Shown here: piece by piece, positions 37,303 through 46,551 of the stretch
Layout of the letters: each line of letters opens with the position of its first letter
Position numbering within the stretch: the stretch's first letter is position 1
Made by a program: the position numbers and the translations under genes
Notes under the pieces: generated by a model
Databases searched by the model: none
Told to the model about the DNA's origin: nothing
What the model saw: only the letters and a program-made list of their open reading frames with translations
DNA from: a virus
Lineage: Duplodnaviria > Caudoviricetes
Reading direction: 5' to 3' (one strand)
DNA length: 64,000 bases
Virus record (IMG/VR): IMGVR_UViG_2599185230_000001
Location: 1 to 64,000 of that record

Positions 37303-37539
37303 CTAAGCTTCCTGTATATCTTCAATCTCTGTCAAAAGTATGTTAGTAATATTGCCATCCTCATCCGCAATAACAATTTTATCGTCAAGTATTTCATAAA
37401 TCTCTGCCGCATGACAACTGCCATCTTTTGTCCAAATGTCTGCCGAATCATAGGGACCTAATTCAAAATTATCATCCATTTCGTCGCCCTGATTGGTGTC
37501 TTTTTCAACAAAAAGCTTTTTGACAACGTCTAATTTCAT
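37303..37539 (-). CDS. Small acidic hypothetical protein
   Basis: AAGGAGG SD; very Asp/Glu rich. Confidence 0.65.
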   Translation of the reverse strand: MKLDVVKKLFVEKDTNQGDEMDDNFELGPYDSADIWTKDGSCHAAEIYEILDDKIVIADEDGNITNILLTEIEDIQEA

Positions 37540-37581
37540 ACATTTTCCTCCTTCGCATTCTTTTAGCTACTACGCAGAGCA

Positions 37582-37821
37582 TCAATTGTGTCGTTTTCCA
37601 CGCTTCTTTTGCCACTTATTTTGAGAAAGGAACTTTTTAAAAACCTTCTTATCAGCATCACTACTCAGCACCAGCACATGACATTTTAAGTCCTGGTTAT
37701 ATCGAATTTGCCTTCGGTCTTTACCTAAAGCCTCGCAGATCCAAAATATCTGACGCCTTACTTCACCGGCTATGTAGACCGTACCATTGTTGTCATTGTA
37801 AATATCAATTGCAGCGCTCAT
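37582..37821 (-). CDS. Hypothetical phage protein
   Basis: Coupled to the upstream ATPase. Confidence 0.6.
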   Translation of the reverse strand: MSAAIDIYNDNNGTVYIAGEVRRQIFWICEALGKDRRQIRYNQDLKCHVLVLSSDADKKVFKKFLSQNKWQKKRGKRHN

Positions 37822-38666
37822 TACAATATCCCCTTAAACCGGTAATCCAGGGCCAGTGGGTCTTCATCCTCACGGAGGAGCATTTTGCCCAGGTACATCT
37901 TGCCCGTATGCTGATTCCTGGTCTTTTCAAAGAGCCTGCCAGCCGTAGCCTTGGAGAGAAAACCAATCAATTGGTGAAAGTATTCGCTGGTGTAGATGAT
38001 AGGGAGCTGCTTCCGGTACCGGTAATCTACAATCCCGTAAAACTCTTTAATCCATGTATCTTTCTGGCTTTCCTTGCACACATCATCAATAATTAAAAGA
38101 TCGCAAGTATAAAGCTTTTGCCTGATTTCGTCTACCTTGTATGCTTCGTCTGGCTTATTGTAATAGGACAGCCATTCAGAAAAACTTTGGACCCAGTTAA
38201 AGAACATCGGGCAAATTCCCAACTCAATAAGGGGAAGGACGGCAGCAGTGGCCAGGTGAGTCTTACCGCAACCAGAGGTGCCCAATAGTCCCATCCAAGG
38301 GGACCCTTGCAGGCTTTCGCCACGTTTCACCCTGGCTACTAATCCCTTTGAATACTCCCTGGCGATGCTATACGCATTAACCACTCGGCGATCCGTATCA
38401 TTAATGTCGAAGTTGTCAAAATTCTTGTGGATGAATTCATCGCTGATATTGCAGGATTTTAGAAGCTTTTGCAGTTTTCTTCGCTCCATACACTTGCAGG
38501 GATAGGCTACATTCAGGCCTGGGTCGTCGATTACACCATTATCCTGGCACAGGTCGCACTCATATTCCGGAGAGTCTCCGTTTAAAGGCTTCTTCGGCTC
38601 TTGAGTCACGCTTACCGGACGGCTTTGCCGCTTCAGCAGTTTTTCTTGAATCGTGATCCCCTCCAT
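37821..38666 (-). CDS. DnaC/IstB-like AAA+ helicase loader
   Basis: C..C.D.G...C.C; F.NF; GTSGCGKTHLA; DLLIIDD; I.DYRY...PI.YTS. Confidence 0.88.
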   Translation of the reverse strand: MEGITIQEKLLKRQSRPVSVTQEPKKPLNGDSPEYECDLCQDNGVIDDPGLNVAYPCKCMERRKLQKLLKSCNISDEFIHKNFDNFDINDTDRRVVNAYSIAREYSKGLVARVKRGESLQGSPWMGLLGTSGCGKTHLATAAVLPLIELGICPMFFNWVQSFSEWLSYYNKPDEAYKVDEIRQKLYTCDLLIIDDVCKESQKDTWIKEFYGIVDYRYRKQLPIIYTSEYFHQLIGFLSKATAGRLFEKTRNQHTGKMYLGKMLLREDEDPLALDYRFKGIL

Positions 38667-38916
38667 GGACTGAACCACCTCTCAGATTTCTCAAAATGCC
38701 ACGAGTGTAATTCTCTCTTATATGGGGGTATTTCTCAATGTGAATTTTTAAGGCTTTAATCACTACTTCCGGGTCAAACTTAGCCCAGTATTCCAGCTCC
38801 TTTTGCTTGATACCAACGGATACTCTATTGCTCCTTCTGGTGAAGCGGATAGTATCCCAATAATCAGCGATAGTTTTCTGCTGATCTGGCGTATATCTTT
38901 CAAGGAGTTTTTCCAC
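38560..38916 (-). CDS. DnaD-like/replication-initiator-like small protein
   Basis: EVV..AL...Y..GILRN motif; overlaps the DnaC-like gene. Confidence 0.5.
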   Translation of the reverse strand: MEKLLERYTPDQQKTIADYWDTIRFTRRSNRVSVGIKQKELEYWAKFDPEVVIKALKIHIEKYPHIRENYTRGILRNLRGGSVHGGDHDSRKTAEAAKPSGKRDSRAEEAFKRRLSGI

Positions 38917-39310
38917 TGCCGGCTGCCTCCCTTTGCATGCGCTTTTTCATAGCCTTTAAAGCTTCAATTACATCACTGGCCTGACTAAATTTTAAATATC
39001 TTGGATGACTGACCCCCTGCCTGTTCTCCAAAAAACCGCGCAGCCGCCTGGGGTTATCTTTCCAGCCCAACTCCTCAGCCAGCTTATTAATTTGCCACAC
39101 TTGCTTACCGGTTGCTCTGTCAGCGGTAGTGGTGTGGCCAAGTATCTGATTTAGCCGGTCAATCACCCTGATGCCCTGTCTCTTAGTTAGGGCCTTAATG
39201 CTTTCAGAGCCGGTCACCGCAGTGACCAGCTCATGAAGCACCTCATTATCAAGACCGGCTTCTCTTGCCAGGGCAAATATCTTCTTAATTTGATCATAGC
39301 TTATTTTCAT
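38900..39310 (-). CDS. gemA: GemA/Mu gp16 (DUF1018) protein
   Basis: QIK.I.....GLD...L....TG..S...LT; QA..VIEALK.M..R. Confidence 0.8.
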   Translation of the reverse strand: MKISYDQIKKIFALAREAGLDNEVLHELVTAVTGSESIKALTKRQGIRVIDRLNQILGHTTTADRATGKQVWQINKLAEELGWKDNPRRLRGFLENRQGVSHPRYLKFSQASDVIEALKAMKKRMQREAAGSGKTP

Positions 39311-39316
39311 GGGGCA

Positions 39317-39949
39317 TCACCTTCGTCCTTCGTATTCCAATCCGACACTGATACCAGCTTCGATGAAAACAGCTTTTTTAATTTGCGCTATTTGTTCGTC
39401 AGTAAGCTCTCCGAAGAACCGATCCACCAGCTCAAAGTTTTTATATAACCTGATATAGTGCAACTCTTCTTCACAATCTCCCAACACACCAACACTTTCA
39501 AGCACCTTTTTGTCTCTTAAGTAATCGCCTTTCAACTTCTTTTTGACTGCCTTAATTGCTTTATCATCCAATTCTAGGACTTCCAGTACTTGTTCGATAG
39601 ATATTTCATCGCTGTAATCATCATTGCAAAGGGCAATTAAAGCTTCTTTAAATCTTGATTCCGTTTCATATTTGATTTCTTCTTTACGTGTGATCTTAGC
39701 TTTTGCGATTTCCCCTAACACTTCGACCAGCCGATTAAAGTTATCAATATCAAGCTTTTCCTTATGAACCACGTTAAAACTACCATATAGCCCGAAAATT
39801 TGCATAAACTTCAGGTTTTTATTATCCATTTCCTCATAAGCCGCATTGGTAAGTTTGGCTTTTAACTGATCTAAGGTCTTTTTATCCTTTTTCATTTTCT
39901 TTTCCAAGGAAATGGCCTCATCAACCAAGCTGAATAATTCCTCTTGCAT
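39317..39949 (-). CDS. Hypothetical coiled-coil protein (Gam position)
   Basis: ATG 39949 after GGAGG. Confidence 0.6.
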   Translation of the reverse strand: MQEELFSLVDEAISLEKKMKKDKKTLDQLKAKLTNAAYEEMDNKNLKFMQIFGLYGSFNVVHKEKLDIDNFNRLVEVLGEIAKAKITRKEEIKYETESRFKEALIALCNDDYSDEISIEQVLEVLELDDKAIKAVKKKLKGDYLRDKKVLESVGVLGDCEEELHYIRLYKNFELVDRFFGELTDEQIAQIKKAVFIEAGISVGLEYEGRR

Positions 39950-39951
39950 GT

Positions 39952-40206
39952 CTAACCCTCCCTGGTTTTCTCGTTCATCATCCGCAAGCAGCCCGAGCAA
40001 ACAAACCGTCCTGCGTGAGCGATAAGATCAACATCAGACTTACAGAAAACACATTCACCTTGAATACGCTTTAAAACAATACTTCCCTCGTTGTTGACGC
40101 TAATACGAAACCGTTCTCCGCTATCAATACCAAAACTGCTGCGGCGCATGGCTGCTGGTAGCGTGATAGAGCCGCTTTTACTAAGCTTTTTGTTAAACTG
40201 CTCCAA
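39952..40206 (-). CDS. AbrB/MazE/SpoVT DNA-binding protein
   Basis: K.....G.ITLP..MRR..GI; C.FC...C..C tail. Confidence 0.85.
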   Translation of the reverse strand: MEQFNKKLSKSGSITLPAAMRRSSFGIDSGERFRISVNNEGSIVLKRIQGECVFCKSDVDLIAHAGRFVCSGCLRMMNEKTREG

Positions 40207-40210
40207 TCGC

Positions 40211-40345
40211 TTACTCCTCCTCTTTAAAAGTTTTAACTGCATGACCATCCTCGCACAGCATCACCAGACCAGCTTCCCGGTAAAGACTGTCCAACTCACA
40301 AATGCTAATATTGTCCAAGACACACTCCACTGCTGCCATTGCCAT
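40211..40345 (-). CDS. Small protein (44 aa, not in ORF track)
   Basis: AAGGTGG SD; MAMAAVECVLDNISICELD... Confidence 0.55.
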   Translation of the reverse strand: MAMAAVECVLDNISICELDSLYREAGLVMLCEDGHAVKTFKEEE

Positions 40346-40368
40346 AAATAGCACCACCTTCCGTATTT

Positions 40369-40578
40369 TTAATAAGCAAATGCAATCATCTTAATGCATC
40401 CGGCCGCCGGTACAAAATGAATCTCACCGTCATCCAATTTAACTATCACCGTACCGGCCACGCCGCGCTCTACCTGGTACCCCTCAGCCGTCTTTTCCCG
40501 GGCCAAATCATTTAATTCCCGGGGCATCGTGATCACATCGTTAACCGCCTTACAGATCGATTCATGGACTTTCTTCAT
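40369..40578 (-). CDS. Hypothetical phage protein
   Basis: 69 aa after MuB. Confidence 0.6.
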   Translation of the reverse strand: MKKVHESICKAVNDVITMPRELNDLAREKTAEGYQVERGVAGTVIVKLDDGEIHFVPAAGCIKMIAFAY

Positions 40579-40589
40579 AACCGTGCCCC

Positions 40590-41552
40590 CTAAAGCATCA
40601 TCATATTGCTTGCTTTGGCGATAGTATCCAGGGTGATCTCCGTTATACCTTCACCGTCCTGGCCATCCATCAGCCGGATGATATTATTCAGTGTCCTGTC
40701 CATCAGCCTGAAACAACCGGTTTGGCTGTTGGTCGCCCTTTTGATCATTTCCTGCAACGCCTCATCCGTAAACGGGAAGGGCTCCAGGTACTCCATAACT
40801 TCTTTTTTGGTCAGCCCTTGTAGGGAGTAATAGTTGTCCACCCGGTTGGCAAACCGTGCCAAGTACCCTTTAACTTGTGACTCCAGCTTTGGCTCACCGG
40901 CTACGACCAAGCCTACATCCGACTGATCAAATATAGAGCGCAATATTTCCATTTTCTTTTGGGTGTACTTGCTGATTAGCTTATCCGCCTCATCTATAAT
41001 CAACAAATAGCCTTTATTAAAGTTAAAAAACTCCTTAATACCGTTTACCCGCTTCCAAATGGTGCCGTACCCGGAAGGGATGCCCAATGCCTTCTCAATT
41101 GCCTCTACCATATCGCGACAACTCATAATATCGTCACATTCCACATAGGCAACTCGAGGCATCTTAGTGTAATATTCCAGAGTGCGGCTCTTGCCGTAGC
41201 CAGATTTTCCAACCACAACACCAAGTCCGGTAAAGTCCTGGCAGGTGCTACATACAGCGATGATGCCGGAGGCATCCCGGCTTTCAAAAAACTCTGGTTT
41301 TTGCAACTTTGGCGCTTGGGTTATAGGTGTAACGACCTTACCGCGCTCCCGAAGAAACTGAGTAAGTTTTGCCTGAATATCGGTGGTATCGCTTTCATAC
41401 TTGCCATTTAAGTACCTTGAAAGTGCTGTTCTATGGTAATTTATTTCTCTGGCCACTTCCGTAATGGTCAATCCGCTTTTCTCCATAAAATCCTTAGCCA
41501 TTCTGGCCACATCCTGCGGCGCAATGGAATAAATCTTTGCAGCAGCTTCCAT
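40590..41552 (-). CDS. MuB-like transposition ATPase
   Basis: N-terminal HTH; GKSGYGKS; LLIIDEAD; LR.I.D. Confidence 0.92.
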   Translation of the reverse strand: MEAAAKIYSIAPQDVARMAKDFMEKSGLTITEVAREINYHRTALSRYLNGKYESDTTDIQAKLTQFLRERGKVVTPITQAPKLQKPEFFESRDASGIIAVCSTCQDFTGLGVVVGKSGYGKSRTLEYYTKMPRVAYVECDDIMSCRDMVEAIEKALGIPSGYGTIWKRVNGIKEFFNFNKGYLLIIDEADKLISKYTQKKMEILRSIFDQSDVGLVVAGEPKLESQVKGYLARFANRVDNYYSLQGLTKKEVMEYLEPFPFTDEALQEMIKRATNSQTGCFRLMDRTLNNIIRLMDGQDGEGITEITLDTIAKASNMMML

Positions 41553-41570
41553 TTATTTATCCCTCCGTTT

Positions 41571-43646
41571 TTATCCCAGTTTACGGAGCACAGCCAATGC
41601 TTTCTCCGCTTTTTTTCGATAAAATTCATTGTCTAACTGGTCATTATGCTTCTTATTCCTAACCTCATCCTTAAACTGCTTATCTTCCGGCAGGGCAACC
41701 ACATTGTCAACCGGTTTTTTGCCTTGCTTCTTAATGACAAAACCGCCCACCGTATCACTTGGCCCGTTGACATGCTGGTTGATGCGCTGTTCAAATGGGG
41801 TAGTGTATTCCTTGATGCGTTCTCTGTCCCGCTTAAGCTGCCTGTGCTGGGCCTTCATGTGCTCTTCCAAAGCCTTTTGAGGTACCTTTGGAGCAATTAA
41901 GAGCAGATCCTGACTTAAAGCCTCGCAGATTTTTTTGCCGTCTAAGGTGTAAACATACAACCTAGTCACATCTTCCTGGTCCCAACGAATATCTACTTTG
42001 TCGCCGATGTAGTCACATAACTCGTCCGCCCGGTACTCATAACCAAACTTATGGATTCCGGTGTTATAAACATGGACCCGGTCGGCCCTCATCATCAACA
42101 TACTGGCGTATGACCTAGGCGGCGCCGGCTTATAATAGCGCTCTTCGGCATTAGCGAACAACTCGGCAGGCTTTCTCCATTGTTCTTTTGCCTTTTTTAA
42201 GCCTTTGTGGTCCTTCTGGTGATACTTCTCATTGAGCCACTTCTGCCACAGTTCATAAAATTCTTCCAGTGTTAGCAGCTCATCCCGCTCCAGCATTCCC
42301 TTAATATCTTTTCTGACTTTACCCGCGGTGCGCGAGCCGGTTAGCGTTCCGGTGTAACTGGCCAACCATTTACTAAACTCACTGCACACTATGCCGAAAA
42401 AACGTTCGATATATGCCTTGCTCCATGGCTGATAAGGCAGGCTTCGAATATCATCCTGGATGCCAACGCTTTTGTAAAAGCCTACCGTCTCACTATCGAA
42501 GCTGACCCGATATTTGCGTTTGCGGCCCGTTAGGGTTTCGGCGGTGTATTCCTTCCCGTTGTCGATGTTGATCCATTGAGGAACCCCGCACGGTTTACCG
42601 CCAATTTCGTTGTAGATCATCTTTAGAATGGACTGCTTCATGATTTCAGCGTTGGCGTGTAAGCACATTACACTGCTGGGAATGGCCCTGCTTCTAATAT
42701 CTACCCAGGCCACCAGGTTGGGCTTGATGGCTGTTACCTTCCCATTAGGGTGTGTATACTTCACCCAATCGTCAAAGGTATGAACATCGCCTTGGACAAG
42801 CCCCATCACCGGCAGGGATTTAGAATCACGGGAAGCCTTGACCATAACTTTATTCCGGTATTCCCTGGCGCCTCTAGCCGCTAAGAAATGGGCATTTTTG
42901 CCCCGTTTTTCCTCCATCAGATAGTTTACATACCTGGCCACCGTCTGGTAGGAGGGGTAAGGCCAACCATTCTTTCCAGCGACTTCCTCCATCTTTTCGT
43001 AAAGCATCTCAACAGTGCTGTTATTGGCAGCAAATTCCTTATCAAACCACAGATTTTCAATGAAAGCCCTTGCTCTATCAGTCAGTGAAGGAAAGGTGAA
43101 TCGCTGTTTAGGCTTCCGGCACAAGGCTAAAACCTTGAAAAAATCATAATTTTTACCGTCTTCCTTGTTTAACTTCACGGCCCAGGCGCTTGCCTCCAGG
43201 TAGTTTTCCGCCTGCCGGTATAAGGTTCGTAGGCTTATCCCTTTTAAATCAGCGAACTCCTGGGCAAACTCGGTGCGGTTATCACCGGCGTAATTCAGAA
43301 ACTCCTGAACGGTCTTGGTGAATTCCACCGCCTTGTAATACTGGCCGCCATGGTTTTCGACGTACCAGTTTAATTCCACATCGACATACCATGGCATGCT
43401 GTTCGTTATCCGTTTATCAACCACAACATCCCCCCCTTCAATGCTTTGGGCTTCCTTATGCGCCCTTCGCGCTTTTTTCGAAAGGGAGGATACGGCAACC
43501 AGAACCCGCTCTTTGCCGCCGTTTACGGCTGGCTCTGTTTTGGTCTTAAAGGCTTCGGGATTGCGCTTCATGCGTTGAATTAGGGTGTTATACTTGATAC
43601 CCTCGTATTCCGCAGCCTCTTCCAGCGTGATATAAGCATCTGCCAA
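41571..43646 (-). CDS. MuA-like DDE transposase
   Basis: QGDVHTFD; IDNGKEY; KAYIERFF; Mu-transposase C-terminal G..V.IRWD..D. Confidence 0.95.
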   Translation of the reverse strand: MADAYITLEEAAEYEGIKYNTLIQRMKRNPEAFKTKTEPAVNGGKERVLVAVSSLSKKARRAHKEAQSIEGGDVVVDKRITNSMPWYVDVELNWYVENHGGQYYKAVEFTKTVQEFLNYAGDNRTEFAQEFADLKGISLRTLYRQAENYLEASAWAVKLNKEDGKNYDFFKVLALCRKPKQRFTFPSLTDRARAFIENLWFDKEFAANNSTVEMLYEKMEEVAGKNGWPYPSYQTVARYVNYLMEEKRGKNAHFLAARGAREYRNKVMVKASRDSKSLPVMGLVQGDVHTFDDWVKYTHPNGKVTAIKPNLVAWVDIRSRAIPSSVMCLHANAEIMKQSILKMIYNEIGGKPCGVPQWINIDNGKEYTAETLTGRKRKYRVSFDSETVGFYKSVGIQDDIRSLPYQPWSKAYIERFFGIVCSEFSKWLASYTGTLTGSRTAGKVRKDIKGMLERDELLTLEEFYELWQKWLNEKYHQKDHKGLKKAKEQWRKPAELFANAEERYYKPAPPRSYASMLMMRADRVHVYNTGIHKFGYEYRADELCDYIGDKVDIRWDQEDVTRLYVYTLDGKKICEALSQDLLLIAPKVPQKALEEHMKAQHRQLKRDRERIKEYTTPFEQRINQHVNGPSDTVGGFVIKKQGKKPVDNVVALPEDKQFKDEVRNKKHNDQLDNEFYRKKAEKALAVLRKLG

Positions 43647-43829
43647 AATCCTCCGTCTCCTTTACGCAAGGAGGGTATCCGTAGTACAATGTAACCGAAC
43701 AGGTTCCCTGTTCTGCGCCTGCGGGGTGCCTTCGGCTAAAAGGGAGGCGAAGGCACTCCGTTTTTATTGCCAACTTTTTTGATAATACCGGCGCACAAAT
43801 CACGAATACACTCCTTCAATTTTGTATCA

Positions 43830-44153
43830 CTACACCTTTTCAGTCTGGCTAAGCTTTTGTTGGACAATCTCCGGACCACCGTTTATAAGATCTTCCATTC
43901 TGGAAATCTCCAGGCGCAAATATTCACGCATGCTATTCAAAGCTTCGATACCAGCCTTCTTCATGTTCGCCCAGGCGAAGAAATCATCAATTTCGCGCTT
44001 TATATCATTTTGGATTAGCTTTTCCTTTTGACGGTATTCGGATAGCTGCTTCTTTAAAAAGTTAGCTTTATCTTCCGCTGATAAGTTACTTTCATCACGG
44101 CCGAGTTTCTGATTCATAGCCGTCAATTCACTTAGAAATACTTCAGTGTTCAC
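43830..44153 (-). CDS. Hypothetical coiled-coil protein
   Basis: ORF in early operon. Confidence 0.6.
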   Translation of the reverse strand: MNTEVFLSELTAMNQKLGRDESNLSAEDKANFLKKQLSEYRQKEKLIQNDIKREIDDFFAWANMKKAGIEALNSMREYLRLEISRMEDLINGGPEIVQQKLSQTEKV

Positions 44154-44169
44154 TTACTTATCGCTCCCC

Positions 44170-44379
44170 TCATGCTATTTTTTGGATTAACTCCTCGTCG
44201 AGACCAAGGGCTCTAATAATGTCAGGGAGATACTTTTTGCCCGATCTTTCGCCGTATAGCACCAGGTGCAGGTATTTCACGTTCATTCCTACTATTTCAG
44301 CCAGCCATACCTGGCTCTTGTTAATGTCGATCAGGCGCTTCTTTATGACTTTGCCCAAAGGTGATAGCTCTCGTCCCAC
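44170..44379 (-). CDS. Ner/Cro-like HTH regulator
   Basis: LSPLGK.IKKRLID...SQ.WLA...G....YL..VL.G.RSG.KY; GTG start at 44379. Confidence 0.75.
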   Translation of the reverse strand: MGRELSPLGKVIKKRLIDINKSQVWLAEIVGMNVKYLHLVLYGERSGKKYLPDIIRALGLDEELIQKIA

Positions 44380-44696
44380 CTTGATCCCTCCTTTCACCAT
44401 TGGTCTTGCAGAACCAGATAAAACCACCTCCCGTGAGTTAACGTTTCTTGTCTCTTTTTCTTCGGTTGCCCGAATCAGTAGTTTTCCTGGGTAAACCTTT
44501 ATTGCCGCCAAAATGGCAAATCTCACAACTATCTACCCGCTTGGGACACTTAAATCTGCACTCGTTATTAATATCTAAAGTGCGAAACATACATCTGCAT
44601 CCGGGGTATTGACCTAAAAACCCCACAAGCATCGCCATGGCCATACCCCCTCGTGTAATTTGATTAGTAACCAAATTTTCGGTGCAGTTTTTACTG

Positions 44697-44963
44697 CTAT
44701 ATCGCCAAACCTCCAACAAAAAACCTAGCATCCATGCCGGCATAAGCCGGCCACCCATCAATTGTCTTAACCTCAATATCAGACTCGCTTAGACGCTGCC
44801 ACTGGCCGTCATTACAAACTTCCAAAATTGCGCCTGGCGCGACCGGCATTAAATCGCCGCTATCCAGCTGAATAAAAACCCCGTCTTCAATTACCAAATT
44901 CCCAACCTGCCAACCGTCAAGAATATTAGCTGTTTTCCTGATGCTGTCTGCTAACAAAAACAC
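44697..44963 (-). CDS. DUF5348-like protein
   Basis: G..LEV...GQW...G..AR pattern. Confidence 0.5.
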   Translation of the reverse strand: MFLLADSIRKTANILDGWQVGNLVIEDGVFIQLDSGDLMPVAPGAILEVCNDGQWQRLSESDIEVKTIDGWPAYAGMDARFFVGGLAI

Positions 44964-45003
44964 GTCATCGCCATCCTTCCTTTGGGAAATCCGATTTAGG
45001 AAT

Positions 45004-45210
45004 CACCCACTTTTGTGGGTGCCTTGAAAATTTTTAATCACCTCCATAATTTTCTTTTTTTCGCACTGCCTACCTGATAGAATGTTGTTGTGGTATATGA
45101 ATCTATCATTTCAATTATACCACACGCTTGTGGGGTGTCAATAAAAATCCCCACGATTATGGGGTTAAATACCCAACAACCAAGGGGTTTAATACCATAC
45201 GTTTGTGGGA
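45004..45210. promoter_or_regulatory. Early promoter with five repressor operators
   Basis: Minus-strand TTGACA (45136-41) N16 TATAAT (45114-19); CCMCAC-N4-GTGGGG-like sites at 45005, 45120, 45149, 45172, 45195. Confidence 0.8.
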
Positions 45211-45222
45211 AGGGGGAGAGCT

Positions 45223-45927
45223 GTGTCTGAAAAATTTGGGAAGCGACTTAAAAAGGCTCTTAAACAAGCCGGATACACCCAGGCTAAGGCCACAGAAGAA
45301 CTTGGACTTTCTAAAAATGCTATAACTAATTATGTATCTGGTAGAATTCCTGATACTTTAATACTTTACAAACTTGCTAATTTATGTAATGTATCAATGG
45401 AATGGTTACTGTCCGGCAAAGAAACAAAAGCTGCTGGGAAAGCACATTTGGTTGAAGAAGCAGTTAGAAGATACGCGGTCGCCCAGCCTAAAATAATCGA
45501 AGTACCGGCAGGTGTAACAGTCCGTTATGCCGGTGAAACAGTGATGATCACCGATAAAGCAATGATGCTGGAAGACATTCGTGAAGCACTGGAAAAGGGT
45601 GTTGATGGTACGGGTTACCCCGAACTTACTAAAGAGCTGACCCATCTGGAATACCGGGAAAAAGAACAACTGGTTATTGTAGTAATTAAAGGTACTAAAA
45701 AGGGCCAGTTTATAACTAATAAGGAGGACGAAGAACTGCTGCCGTTATCGAGTGAAGAGCGGCAAATACTCTTAAAGTACCGATTGCTTGACGCCAGAGA
45801 TCAGTGTGATATCAAAGAAATTATTGACATGAAATATGAAAGAATGGTTAAAAGGGGAAGATCATACGGCTCCGGGAGTGGAGGAATAGGAAGCGGGGAA
45901 GAGGCGGCTGCTAAAGAATACGCCTAA
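45223..45927 (+). CDS. Prophage repressor (XRE HTH)
   Basis: FG.RLK..LK..G.TQ...LGLS...I.NY..G...VSMEWLL.G; divergent from the early operon. Confidence 0.88.
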   Translation: MSEKFGKRLKKALKQAGYTQAKATEELGLSKNAITNYVSGRIPDTLILYKLANLCNVSMEWLLSGKETKAAGKAHLVEEAVRRYAVAQPKIIEVPAGVTVRYAGETVMITDKAMMLEDIREALEKGVDGTGYPELTKELTHLEYREKEQLVIVVIKGTKKGQFITNKEDEELLPLSSEERQILLKYRLLDARDQCDIKEIIDMKYERMVKRGRSYGSGSGGIGSGEEAAAKEYA

Positions 45928-46526
45928 TTTTTTAACCCTAAATGATATATTTTTATATCTTTTTCAATTTTTCACATTAATATCGGAAGTAACTCGCTAA
46001 ATGATGTCACTTTGCTACGGCCTTTTTTAAGCTGCTGAAGACTAGCCGAAACCAGCATGAATACTGCAATGTGACAGGTTTTTTTGAAAATCACTAAAAT
46101 GTCACTTTGCTTATAGCCTTTTGGGGCTATTTTTCTAGTGTTTTAATCACGTTTTATTCACGCCGTTAACGCGCATTCACGCGACGGCGTTTTTTTATAA
46201 ACCCTGTAACCCCTGATTTTAAATGCTTTCAATTTCTCTTTAAGCTTTTCGCGTGATTCATTCACGGTCATTCACGCCAGCGTGATCACGCCCTGGCGGT
46301 TTTAATTGACCGGCACTCGTGGTAAACTAATGTAAGGGCAAACAAAAAAGCGCTTATCCCTAATGCAGCAAGGCTTCCAGCGCTTTTGCCTCTTTTTTTT
46401 AAAATTTACCTGACAATAAATGTATTCTCAAAATAATTGTTCGCCGTTTTTTAATAAATCCCACCTAATCCCTTGTCATCTCTGTGTTTCCCACCCTTTC
46501 CCGGTTCATCTTTTCTAGTAAACCTA

Positions 46527-46551
46527 TTGTCAGTTATTTTGTTAATCTACA
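46527..46551 (-). repeat. Prophage end (repressor side)
   Basis: Minus strand TGTAGATTAA-CAAAATAACTGACAA aligns with the other end TGTAGCCGCG-CAGAATTTTTGGCAA. Confidence 0.8.

Larger units (their letters stand above)
6587..46551 (-). mobile_element. Mu-like transposable prophage with contractile tail, ~39.97 kb
   Basis: Both ends read TGTAG inward with a shared CARAAT-N3-TGRCAA motif; Mu gene order c, A, B, gemA, mor, gp27-like, terL, portal, F, capsid, tail, methylase. Confidence 0.92.
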
